Below are positions 31,361 through 40,691 of a DNA stretch of 64,000 nt, piece after piece. The stretch spans positions 1,536,001 through 1,600,000 of the forward strand of contig CAWIIB010000009.1 in NCBI GenBank assembly GCA_963836075.1. The letters are read 5' to 3'. Under the pieces are notes generated by a model, which saw only the letters and a list, made by a program, of their open reading frames with translations, searched no databases and was not told the DNA's origin. The position numbers were made by a program, and so were the translations under genes. Position 1 is the stretch's first letter, and each line of letters starts with the position of its first letter. The DNA comes from an uncultured Acidobacteriota bacterium. GTDB lineage: Bacteria > Acidobacteriota > JAQAZP01.

Positions 31361-33880
31361 TTACGGCGCCACCCCGGTTACCGTGCAGCTGTCGGTGTCC
31401 GTGTCGCCTGCCGGCGGGTAGGGCGGCTGGTTGTAGGGCGGCGGCGTGACGTCGGCCACGGTCATTCGGAACAGGTTGGTCCCCTCCAGGGTGGGCCAGG
31501 CAGGAATGTTCTGTGACCACTGTTTGGTATAGACCTCTCCGGCCTGGACGTTCTGCCAACCACGGCGCCAGTTTGAGTAATACTGCCCTCCGGCCAGGGT
31601 GACATCGATGGTGTATTGGAAGCGCCGAATCTGACCGTCGTAACGATTGGTCATGGTCGCCTGGAAGAGGGAGGCGAAGGGCAGGGTGCCTGACGATGGA
31701 GTACCGGTCAGTTCGGCCGAGATCGTGCTCATTTCGGGATCACTGGTGTTCATCAGTGTTGTGATCATCGGGGTTCGACTAATAACCACGAGGTCCGGGT
31801 CACTGTCATTGTCCAGGTCACCGATCGCTACAAACTGACTTGCCTGGCCGGCACCGTAGCTCACCGACGGCTGAAAGGTCCCGTCCCCGTTACCCTGCAG
31901 CATTTCAAGATAGCCATACGTTAGCACCACGGCCAGGTCCGGAATGGTATCTCCGTCCAGATCACTGATGGCGATGCAATGAGGAAAGAAACTTGTGCTG
32001 TAGTGCACGGCACTCTGAAAGGTGCCGTCACCATTGCCCAGTGCAACCGAGATGTCGTGACCACCATTGTTCGCCGTCGCCAGGTCCGGATCGCCGTCAC
32101 CATTGAGGTCACCGATTGCTATTTCCACGGGAACGATCCCGACTTCCACGGTCCCGGCCAACCGAAAGGACCCGTCACCCCGGCCCAGGCCCACCACGAT
32201 GTAACCGCCTGCTTTAGACACGACCAGGTCGAGGTTCCCATCATTGTCCAGGTCGCCGGCGGCCATGCACAGGGGTTCGGTGAACGGGCCAAAATGTACA
32301 GCGGACTGAAACGTCCCGTCGCCGTTGCCCTTGACGATTGAGATGTCGTCGCTGTCCCGGTTTGCGGTTGCCAGGTCCAGGTGACTGTCATTGTCGAAAT
32401 CACCGATGACAAGGACCCTCGGGCCCTCACCGGCGCCAACAGGCAAAATGGATGCAAACGAACCGTTTCCGACGCCCAGAAAAATAGAGATGTCGTCACT
32501 GTCCTTGTTTGCCACCGCCAGGTCCGGCTCATCGTCCTCATCGAGGTCGCCGCAGGCGACATAACGGGGGCCTTCTCCGGCGGCGTAGTCAGCGGATGAT
32601 GCCAGGGTGCCGTCCCCGTTGCCCGGGTAAACCGAAATTGTATCTTCGTAGAGGTTTGTCACCACCAGGTCGAGTTTGTTGTCCTGGTTAAAATCACGTA
32701 GCACCGCCGAATAGCTGTAGCCGATCGCCGTATATCGTGACTCTTGGGGGAAAGTGCCGTCACCCCTGCCGATCAGCACCGTGATGAAATCGTTGGAGGA
32801 AAAGAAGGGATTGGTGTAATCGGTCACCACCAGGTCAGGGATACCGTCGTTATCCAGGTCCCCGGAGGTAACCGATGTCGGCTGCCAGGTGGTGTGGTAA
32901 TGGACTGCTGCCTGAAAGTTCCCGGTGCCGCTGCCCATGATCACCGAAAGGGTGTCGCTGTCATGATTTGTCACCGCCAGGTCGGGGTTGCCGTCGCCGT
33001 CCAGGTCATCGATGGCAACCGATCCGGGATTTGCCTCCACCGCCTGTTGGTCGGTGATTTCAAAGGTCCCGTCTCCATTGCCCAGGGCCACCGCCACGTG
33101 GCTGATGAGCACCACGGCCAGGTCGCAACTACCGTTTCCGTTCAGGTCGTCAAGGGCCAGTGAACGCGGCTCCACGCCGATGTAGTGATGGACGGCGTTT
33201 TGGAATGTACCATCCCCGTTGCCGATCAGGATCGAGATGTTGTTGCTGTCGAAGTTCGTCACCGCCAGGTCCGGAATGTCGTCACCGTCCAGATCACCGA
33301 CAGCTATTGAAGAAGGGCTGGCGTCGGCGCCATATCGTACGGTTGCCTGGAAAGTGCCGTCCCCGATGCCCAGCAGAATCGAAACGTCGTTACTGCCGGC
33401 ATTGCCGACCACCAGGTCAGGGTTGCCATCTCCGTCCAGGTCACTGATGGCCAGCGAACTGGGATTCAGAGCGGACCCGTAGAGAACGCGGTCCTGGAAA
33501 GTTCCGTCGCCATGACCCAGAAAAACAGATACGCTGTGCCCCCACTCGTTCACTGCCGCCAGGTCCAGGTCGCCGTCAGCATCCAGGTCCCCGGTGACGA
33601 TGTCAGAGGTTCCGCCATCTGACTGATAGTTTACGGCGAGACTAAACGTTCCGTCGCCGTTGCCCATCAGAACGGAGATGTTGCCGGACTCATGGTTGGC
33701 CGAGGCCAGATCAGGATTGCCGTCGCCATCCAGATCGCCGATTGCGGTTGCACGGGGGGAAGTGCCGACCTCGAAGTTCATCCTTGTGTCGAAAAGCTGC
33801 GCCTCTGTTGTCGATGAAACAGCAAACAGCAGCAATAGAGCCAGGCCGAAATTCCTCGAGGTGCATGAATTCATGATCAT
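31361..33880 (-). CDS. FG-GAP repeat protein copy 6 (14 repeats + subtype B C-terminal domain)
   Basis: Intact ORF; signal peptide; ends DTDSCTVTGVAP. Confidence 0.9.
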   Translation of the reverse strand: MIMNSCTSRNFGLALLLLFAVSSTTEAQLFDTRMNFEVGTSPRATAIGDLDGDGNPDLASANHESGNISVLMGNGDGTFSLAVNYQSDGGTSDIVTGDLDADGDLDLAAVNEWGHSVSVFLGHGDGTFQDRVLYGSALNPSSLAISDLDGDGNPDLVVGNAGSNDVSILLGIGDGTFQATVRYGADASPSSIAVGDLDGDDIPDLAVTNFDSNNISILIGNGDGTFQNAVHHYIGVEPRSLALDDLNGNGSCDLAVVLISHVAVALGNGDGTFEITDQQAVEANPGSVAIDDLDGDGNPDLAVTNHDSDTLSVIMGSGTGNFQAAVHYHTTWQPTSVTSGDLDNDGIPDLVVTDYTNPFFSSNDFITVLIGRGDGTFPQESRYTAIGYSYSAVLRDFNQDNKLDLVVTNLYEDTISVYPGNGDGTLASSADYAAGEGPRYVACGDLDEDDEPDLAVANKDSDDISIFLGVGNGSFASILPVGAGEGPRVLVIGDFDNDSHLDLATANRDSDDISIVKGNGDGTFQSAVHFGPFTEPLCMAAGDLDNDGNLDLVVSKAGGYIVVGLGRGDGSFRLAGTVEVGIVPVEIAIGDLNGDGDPDLATANNGGHDISVALGNGDGTFQSAVHYSTSFFPHCIAISDLDGDTIPDLAVVLTYGYLEMLQGNGDGTFQPSVSYGAGQASQFVAIGDLDNDSDPDLVVISRTPMITTLMNTSDPEMSTISAELTGTPSSGTLPFASLFQATMTNRYDGQIRRFQYTIDVTLAGGQYYSNWRRGWQNVQAGEVYTKQWSQNIPAWPTLEGTNLFRMTVADVTPPPYNQPPYPPAGDTDTDSCTVTGVAP

Positions 33881-33997
33881 TCCTATTTCAGGATTGTGCC
33901 CGAATCTGGATCCAAATGGTTGGCGATAAAGATACGGAATCAGGGAATACTGTGAAGCGGCAGATCCCTCACCCGGAATATTCTTTACATTGACGTA

Positions 33998-34026
33998 ACA
34001 ATAGGTCCCAGGCCTTGGGAAGTCAA
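33998..34026 (-). promoter_or_regulatory. Sigma70-like promoter at the head of the FG-GAP array
   Basis: TTGACT-17 bp-TATTGT. Confidence 0.55.
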
Positions 34027-34047
34027 GAATGGCGGGGTATTTCGGGC

Positions 34048-34078
34048 AAAAAACGGCCCGGCTTTGGGGGCCGGGCTG
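34048..34078 (-). terminator. Intrinsic terminator of the RND operon
   Basis: Minus strand GCCCGGC-ccccaaa-GCCGGGC then cgTTTTTT. Confidence 0.75.
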
Positions 34079-34109
34079 CTGGGTTACGTTACAATTTTCT
34101 GTGCTTTGT

Positions 34110-37100
34110 TCAGGCCGCCTTTGTGCCGTTCTCCGCAGTGAAGATCTTGCCGCTGAGCCAGCGGAAGGGGGCGCTGGTGAAGAAGCCGTCCAGCAGTGAG
34201 TAGACCACCGGGATCACCACCAGGGTGAGGACCGTGGAGGTGACCATGCCGCCGATGACGCAGATGGCCATCGGCGCCCGGGTCTCGGCGCCGGAGCCGC
34301 CGAAGAAGGCCACCGGGATTGCGGCGGCCACGGTGGAAACGGCGGTCATCATGATCGGCCGGAAGCGGATGGGGCCGGCCTTCATCAGCGCGGCCTGGCG
34401 GTCCAGCCCTTCCCGGCGGCACTGGTTGGTGAAGTCCACCAGCAGAATGGCATTCTTGGTCACCAGCCCCATCAGCATGATGATGCCGATCATGGAGAAG
34501 ATGTTCATGGTCAGGCCGGAGAGGTAGAGCGCTCCCAGGGCGCCGACGATGGACAGGGGCAGAGAGAGCATGATGGTCAGCGGGTGGATGTAGCTCTCGT
34601 ACTGGCTGGCCAGGGTCATGTAGATCAGCAGCACGGCCAGCAGCAGGGCGAAGTTCATGCTGGCAAAGCTCTCCACCATGATCTCGGCCATGCCCACCAC
34701 CTTGGTGGTGTAACCTTCGGGCATCCCGATCTCCGAGTTCCAGCTTTCCACCAGCTTCAGCGCCTCGCCCAGCGGCAGCTCCTCGGTGAGGTTGGCCAGC
34801 ACCATCACCTGGCGCCGGCGGCTCAGGCGGTTGATCTCCACCGGGCCGGTCTCGCGGGTGGTGGTCACCACATTGTTCAGCTCCACCAGCCTGCCGTCGG
34901 CGGCGCGCACCTCCAGGCGGCCGATGTCGCCGGCGGCCAGCCGGTCGGCCTGCTGCAGGCGGATGCGCACCGCGTAGTCATTGCCCGACTCCTTGAAGCT
35001 GCCGGCCTCGCGGCCGCCGATCAGCGAGCCGATGGTGGAGGCGATGCTGATGGTGCTCACTCCCAGGTCGGCGGCCTTGTCCCGGTCGATGGTCACCGAG
35101 ACCTGAGGCTTGCCGGTCTCGAAGGTGGTGTCGATGTCGACGAAGTTGCCGTTGGCCCGCATGCGGGTGAGATACTCGTTGGCCAGTTCCTCCAGCTTCT
35201 CCAGCGAGGGGCCCTGGATCGAGGTACTGGAAGATCTGCGGCGCCCAGCCGCCGCTGCTCAGCCGCTGGGCCTCCACCACGTTGGTCTTCAGCCGCCCGG
35301 AGAATTTGCGCAGCCGGGTGCGCAGCTCGTTCATCGCCGTCAGCTGGTTGAACGACCGTTCCTCGGCGGGGATCAGCTTGACCAGCAGTTCGGCGCCGTT
35401 CTGCTTCTGCCGCTCGCCCTTGCCGATGGTGGTGTAGATGTCGGTGACCCAGCCGGTGGCGCGGATCTCCTCCTCCACCATCTCGGTCTGACGCAGGGTC
35501 TCGCGCAGCGATGCACCCTCCTGCAGCTCCACAAAGACGGTGAACTCGCCCTCGTCCTCCTGGGGCACGAACTCCGAGGGGATCCGGGAGGCGAGGAACA
35601 ACGATCCGAAGAAGATGATCGTGGCCACCGCCATGGTCAGCAGCCGCTGGCGGAGGCAGAATCCGAGAATGGACCGGTAGAGCTCGGTACCCCAGATGAT
35701 CAGCTTCTCCACGGCGTGGAACAGGGCGCCCAGACGCATCGCCCGCCAGTCCAGTATTCTGAGGAAGCGGGAACAGAGCATGGGGGTGAGGGTAAAACTG
35801 ATGAGCAGGGAGACCATCACGGCGAAGGCCACGGTGAGCCCGAACTCGTAGAAGAACTGCCCCACCATGCCGGTCATGAAGGCCACCGGGACGAAAACGG
35901 CGACGATGGAAATGGTGGTGGCGAAGACGGCCAGACCGATTTCGGCGGTGCCCTCGCGGGCCGCCTGCATGCGGGTCTTGCCCATCTCCATGTGCCGGTA
36001 GATGTTCTCCATCACCACTATGGCATCATCCACCAGCATCCCCACCGAGATGGTCAGCCCGAGCATGGTCAGGTTGTTGATGGTGAAGCCGAGGTAGTTC
36101 ATGAAGGAGAAGGTGGCGATCACCGAAACGGGGATGGCCAGGGTGGCGATGATCGTTGCCCGCAGGTTGCGCAGGAAGAAGAAAATCACCAGTGCGGCGA
36201 AGAAGGAGCCTTCGATGAGGTTTTTCTTCACCTCGGCGATGGACTTGGTGACGAAGAAGGAGTTGTCCATCACCACGGCCATCTCCAGGCCCTCGGGCAG
36301 CGACTCCTGCAGTTCGGCCACAGCCTCCTTGATCGCCTCGGCCACCCGCACGGTGTTGGTCCCCGACTGCTTCATACACTCCAGGGCCACCGCCCGCCGG
36401 TCGTTCCACTTGGCCAGCGAGCGCTCGTCCTCCTGGCCGTCCTCGGCATAGCCGATGTCGCGCAGACGCACCGGGGCCCCCTCGCGATAGGCCAGCACCA
36501 GGTTCTCGAAGGCCTCGACGCTCTCCAGCTGGCCCAGGGTCTTGACCACCAGCTCGCTGGCCCCCTGCTCGATGCGGCCGCCGGGGATCTCCACGTTCTC
36601 GGTGAGCAGCACCTGCTCCACCTCGGATACGGTGATGCCGTAGGCCTTGAGCAGGTCGGCGTCGAGCCAGATCCGCACCTCGCGCTCGCGGTTGCCGATG
36701 AGGTTCACCCGGCCCACGCCGCGGATGGTCTGCAGGCGGGTCTTGATGTTGTCCTTGGCGAACTCGGTGACCTCGCGGATCGACCCCTCACCGAAGAGGG
36801 CCACCGAGACCACCGGCATGGTGTCAAAGGCGAACTTTTCCACCAGCGGCGGCTCGGTGTCGCTGGGCAGGTCGCCGCGGATCGAGGCCACCCGGTCGCG
36901 CACCTCCTGGGCGCCCACGTCCACGTCCTTGTCCAGGACGAACTCGATCATCACCTGGCTGAAACCCTCGAAACTGGAGGAGCTGAGGGTCTTGATCCCC
37001 TCCAGGGTGCTCACCGCCTCCTCGATCTTGTCGGTGACCTCCAGCTCCACGGTCTCCGGGTCGGCGCCGGGGAGCACGGTGAGGATGGTGACGTAGGGGA

Positions 37101-37224
37101 AGTCCACCTCGGGGAAGAAGTCCATCCCGATCTGGTTATAGTTGATCAGGCCGAAGACCAGCAGCACGCTGATCACCATGGTGGCGAAGATCGGCCGCTT
37201 TACGGATATGTCTGCCAGGATCAT
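34110..37224 (-). CDS. RND efflux permease (AcrB/AcrD/AcrF family); +1 frameshift near 35223
   Basis: [20 protein letters not shown] and RFRPIMMT motifs; removing one C restores QYSIQGP. Confidence 0.9.
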
Positions 37225-37234
37225 TGTCTGTCCC

Positions 37235-38341
37235 TCAGTGGTAGAGCACGGTGTCGCCGACCTTCAGATCGCCGGTGACCAGGTAGTGGCCGCCCTCGGT
37301 CCCGGCCACGGTGACCACGGCCGGCCTGGTGCCGTCGCCGTCGGCCAGGTCGACGTAGCTCTCCCCGACCTCGTTGCGCTTCAACGCGTCCCGTGGAATC
37401 TGCAGCACCTGCTCTCCCCGGGGGAGCCGCAGGCTCACCGAGGCGAAGAAGCCGCTCCTCAGCTTGCCGTCCCGGTTGTCGAACTTCGCTTCCACCGGGA
37501 TAGTGCGGGTTCGAATGGAGGCCGATGGGCTCACTGCGTGGATCGTGCCGCTGAACAGACGATCGCCAAAGGCAGCCACTTTTGCCTGTACCGGCTCACC
37601 GGTGGTGATGCGCGCCCCCAGTTTCTCCGGCACCTCGAAGACCAGCTTCATCGGCCGGTCCACCACCAGGCGGAACATCTCATAGCCCGAAGCCATGCTG
37701 AGGAACTCGCCCTCGGCCACCAGTTTCTGGCCCACATACCCGGACGCCGGGGCGGTGATCCGGGCCTTGGTCAACCGGTGGCGGGCCTGGGCCAGCACCG
37801 CTTCGGCCATCCTCAGGTTCGCCTCGGCCTGGGCCAGGCGCGTGGCGAAGCTGTCGAAGCTCGACTTGGGGATGGTGTTGTCCTTGTAGAGCAGCTCCTT
37901 CCGGTCGTAATCGTTTTTCGCATTGTCCCGGTCGGCCCGGGCCATGTCGAGGCCCGCCTCGGCCCGCTCCACGCCCAGTTTGAAATCGGTCTCCTCCAAC
38001 AGCGCCAGCAGGTCGCCTTTTTTTACCCGCTGTCCGATCTCCACCGGAATGCGGTCGATCTTGCCGTCCACTTCACAACTGACCGTGATCTCCTGCCAGC
38101 CCTGGAAGCTGCCCACCGCTTCGAAGACAATTTCCTCCGAAGCGGCGGTGACCGTGGCCGAAAGCCGCTGCTGGGAGACCGGCACCCCTTGCTGATCCCC
38201 GGCTGATGTCGCTTCAGCGGTACCGTTGTCGTTCAACCCGACCTTGTCGTTGCCGTTGCTGCAGGCGGGGAAGAGGGCCAGCAGTGGGACGAGGGTAACT
38301 AGCAGCAGTGCGGCGGCGATGCGCTCACTGTTCCAGGACAT
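37235..38341 (-). CDS. RND periplasmic adaptor (membrane fusion lipoprotein)
   Basis: Lipobox FPAC, lipoyl half-motifs GQRVKKGDLL and ITAPASG, helical hairpin. Confidence 0.9.
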   Translation of the reverse strand: MSWNSERIAAALLLVTLVPLLALFPACSNGNDKVGLNDNGTAEATSAGDQQGVPVSQQRLSATVTAASEEIVFEAVGSFQGWQEITVSCEVDGKIDRIPVEIGQRVKKGDLLALLEETDFKLGVERAEAGLDMARADRDNAKNDYDRKELLYKDNTIPKSSFDSFATRLAQAEANLRMAEAVLAQARHRLTKARITAPASGYVGQKLVAEGEFLSMASGYEMFRLVVDRPMKLVFEVPEKLGARITTGEPVQAKVAAFGDRLFSGTIHAVSPSASIRTRTIPVEAKFDNRDGKLRSGFFASVSLRLPRGEQVLQIPRDALKRNEVGESYVDLADGDGTRPAVVTVAGTEGGHYLVTGDLKVGDTVLYH

Positions 38342-39722
38342 GATCCGGTTCTCCTTCAGCTGTGGCGGTGATCCCGCGACCCAGGGTACCCAGGCTGAGC
38401 TCCAGGGCGCAGGCCGCCAGCACCATATCGTTCTCCACGTCGTTCAGCATCCGTTCCGATTCGATCAGCGCTCTCCGGGATTCCAGCAGGTCGAGGTCGG
38501 TGGCCTCGCCCACGGCGTAGATCTTGTCGATGTCTTCGTAGGTCTGGTTGGCCAGTGACGCCTGCTCCTGGATCACCCGGTAGACCTTCTGCAGGTCGAG
38601 GGTGGTCAGCCGGGTCTGGATCACCTCGCTGCGCACCAGTTTCACCAGTTCGTCACGTTTCAACTCGGCCTGGATCTGGGTCTGCTCGGCCTCCCGCTTG
38701 TGCGAGAGGGCCAGGCCGCCGTCAAAGATCGGCAGCGAGAGGCTGAGCACGCCGCTCCACCACTGGTCGGTGGGGAAGGCGGCCTTCTGGTGGATGTAGT
38801 TCACGTCGGCGAAGAGGGTGGGCAGCCACTCGCCGCGGGCGATCTCCACCATCAGCTCGGCGTTCCTGATCTCCAGGTCCACGGCGCGGATCTCGGGCCG
38901 CGCGGCCAGCGCCTGGGTGATCATCTCCTCCTGGTCACCCAGGTCGGGGGAGGGGGCCGGCGGCTGGAGCAGGGTGAAGTCGCCGCTGATTCCGGTGAGC
39001 ACGGTGAAGTTCTCCCGGCTGCGCACCAGCCGGTTCTCCGCCTCGATGAGCCGGCGTTCGCCGCTGACCACCGCCAGCTCGGCCCGCAGCACGCTGGCCC
39101 GCACCGCCTCGCCGGCGTCGAACAGCGACTGGGCCACCTGGCGCTGGCGGGCGGCCAGCTCCATGTCGGTGTGGGCCAGCCGGATGTCGCTCTCCGCCTT
39201 GAGGATTTCGGTGTAGGCGGCAGCCACGGCCAGCAGCACCTGCTGCCGCACCTGCTCCAGGCCCTGCTGCGAGAGGTCGCGCAGGTTGTCGGTGTATTTC
39301 AGTGCCCGGCGGGGCCGGCCGCCGGCGTAGAGCACCTGGCGCAGGTTGAACATGTAGGACCAGTCGTTCTCGGGGATGATCTCGAAGGAGGTGGGGTTGC
39401 CCTCTTCGTCCTCGCCGAAGTCCAGTTCCTGGGCCTTGTCGTAGCGGGTCATGCTGCCGTTGAAGGTCAGGCTGGGGATCACCTGGGACCAGGCGCCCTT
39501 GTGTACGGCCTCGGCCTTGGCCACCTCGGCCCAGGCCCGGCCGATGGCCTCGTTGTCCGCCAGCACCTTGCCGAAGACCTGCTCCAGGGTGTAGGTGCCG
39601 CCGGCTGCGGTTTCCGCTTCCTGCTCCGCTGCACCGGCGGTGTCGTCGGCAGGCGCCGGCGGCGCGGCACTCAGTGGCAGGAGCAGGATCATCAATGCAA
39701 GTGCCCACCATGCCCGGTTCAT
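38325..39722 (-). CDS. TolC-family outer membrane factor
   Basis: Signal peptide, two OEP repeats, LSLPIFDGG motif. Confidence 0.9.
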   Translation of the reverse strand: MNRAWWALALMILLLPLSAAPPAPADDTAGAAEQEAETAAGGTYTLEQVFGKVLADNEAIGRAWAEVAKAEAVHKGAWSQVIPSLTFNGSMTRYDKAQELDFGEDEEGNPTSFEIIPENDWSYMFNLRQVLYAGGRPRRALKYTDNLRDLSQQGLEQVRQQVLLAVAAAYTEILKAESDIRLAHTDMELAARQRQVAQSLFDAGEAVRASVLRAELAVVSGERRLIEAENRLVRSRENFTVLTGISGDFTLLQPPAPSPDLGDQEEMITQALAARPEIRAVDLEIRNAELMVEIARGEWLPTLFADVNYIHQKAAFPTDQWWSGVLSLSLPIFDGGLALSHKREAEQTQIQAELKRDELVKLVRSEVIQTRLTTLDLQKVYRVIQEQASLANQTYEDIDKIYAVGEATDLDLLESRRALIESERMLNDVENDMVLAACALELSLGTLGRGITATAEGEPDHVLEQ

Positions 39723-40351
39723 TCCGTATCTCCCTTTTTGTTGGCGATTCCGTGAAGGACCACGTCGAGAACGAACTCCACTTCCTCGTCGATCTTCAGT
39801 TCCTGTTCCGCGATGGCGTAATCGGCCAGCACCGAGTCCACAGTGCCGGCAAAGACCCGGGCCAGTTTTCGCGGTTCCAGACGTCTGATCTCTCCGGCGG
39901 CCATCGCTCTGGTGAAGTGGGTGGTCATCAGGTCGAGGAACTGGTCGTATTCCTCCCGCATCCGGCTCTGGAAATCTTTCCGCGCCGCATGCTCGCTTCC
40001 GCCCATCTGGGCCCGGTAGTAGAGGAAGATGTTGCGATTGGTCCTGATGAACTCGAACTGGTCGCCGATCATCTGTCGCATCCGTTCCAGCAGCGGCGCA
40101 TCCGTCCCCATCGCCGCCCTGGTTCTCTCCAGCAGCCGGCCGATGTCTTCCTTCAGAACCGTGAAGACCAGTTCGTCCTTGCTGGGGAAGTAGAGGTAGA
40201 GGGTCCCCTTGGCCACTCCCGCTGCCTCGGCCACCCGGTCGAGGGTGAACTCCGGGCCGAGCTCGGCGAAGATCTTCCGCGTGGCGGCGATGATCGCCTC
40301 GGTGCGGTAGCGGGCCACCACCTCCTGTTTCGATTCCCGTTTTTCGGCCAT
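39719..40351 (-). CDS. TetR/AcrR-family regulator
   Basis: VAEAAGVAKGTLYLYFPSKDEL helix-turn-helix; ATGA overlap with the TolC-family gene. Confidence 0.92.
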   Translation of the reverse strand: MAEKRESKQEVVARYRTEAIIAATRKIFAELGPEFTLDRVAEAAGVAKGTLYLYFPSKDELVFTVLKEDIGRLLERTRAAMGTDAPLLERMRQMIGDQFEFIRTNRNIFLYYRAQMGGSEHAARKDFQSRMREEYDQFLDLMTTHFTRAMAAGEIRRLEPRKLARVFAGTVDSVLADYAIAEQELKIDEEVEFVLDVVLHGIANKKGDTE

Positions 40352-40374
40352 GTTCCGTGCCCTTTTCTGCCTGA

Positions 40375-40428
40375 TGACCGCATGGTCAATATAATGACTC
40401 ACCGGTCAGTCAACTGACCGATGGGTCA
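40375..40428. promoter_or_regulatory. Three tandem TGAC-N6-GTCA operator boxes
   Basis: Boxes at 40375-40388, 40395-40408 and 40415-40428, an exact 20-bp period. Confidence 0.85.
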
Positions 40429-40430
40429 GG

Positions 40431-40459
40431 ACTCTACCAATTACGTCTGTTGGAGTCAA
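40431..40459 (-). promoter_or_regulatory. Sigma70 promoter of the tetR-RND operon
   Basis: TTGACT-17 bp-TAGAGT with an extended TG. Confidence 0.6.
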
Positions 40460-40486
40460 GAGTTTCAGAGAATTTTCATGTATCGG

Positions 40487-40583
40487 TATCATCGCGAGCA
40501 ACTGACCCGTGGATCTCCTTGAAGCAGCGCTGTCCCTCGGGGGATTACAACCTTGCGGGCTTCGCCCACTCCTCGCCAAGACA
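40487..40583. repeat. Degenerate palindromic intergenic element
   Basis: Minus strand TGTCTTGGCGAGGAG...CGAAGC...GTAATCCC...GAGATC...GCTCGCGATGATA; the ends pair imperfectly. Confidence 0.45.
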
Positions 40584-40691
40584 AGAGGGGCCTGTTCCTT
40601 GAGCGGATTGTCACACTCCTTGCGCGGAGCGGTGGGCGACACTAGAATCAGCTGTGGTGAATAACGCTTCAGCCGCGGAAAGACGCATAGA

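Noticed and set aside
19017-33880. Diversity-generating retroelement or shufflon behind the repeated 3' ends
   Set aside because: No reverse transcriptase or recombinase, all copies lie in the same orientation within coding sequence, and differences are mostly synonymous rather than adenine-specific.
35200-35240. Programmed frameshifting or phase variation in the RND gene and others
   Set aside because: No slippery heptamers or long simple repeats at these sites, only 2-3-nt runs.
34110-39722. TolC/MFP/RND as the exporter of the FG-GAP proteins
   Set aside because: The pump is AcrB-type rather than a T1SS ABC transporter, the cargo has Sec signal peptides, and a terminator plus a new promoter separate the two units.
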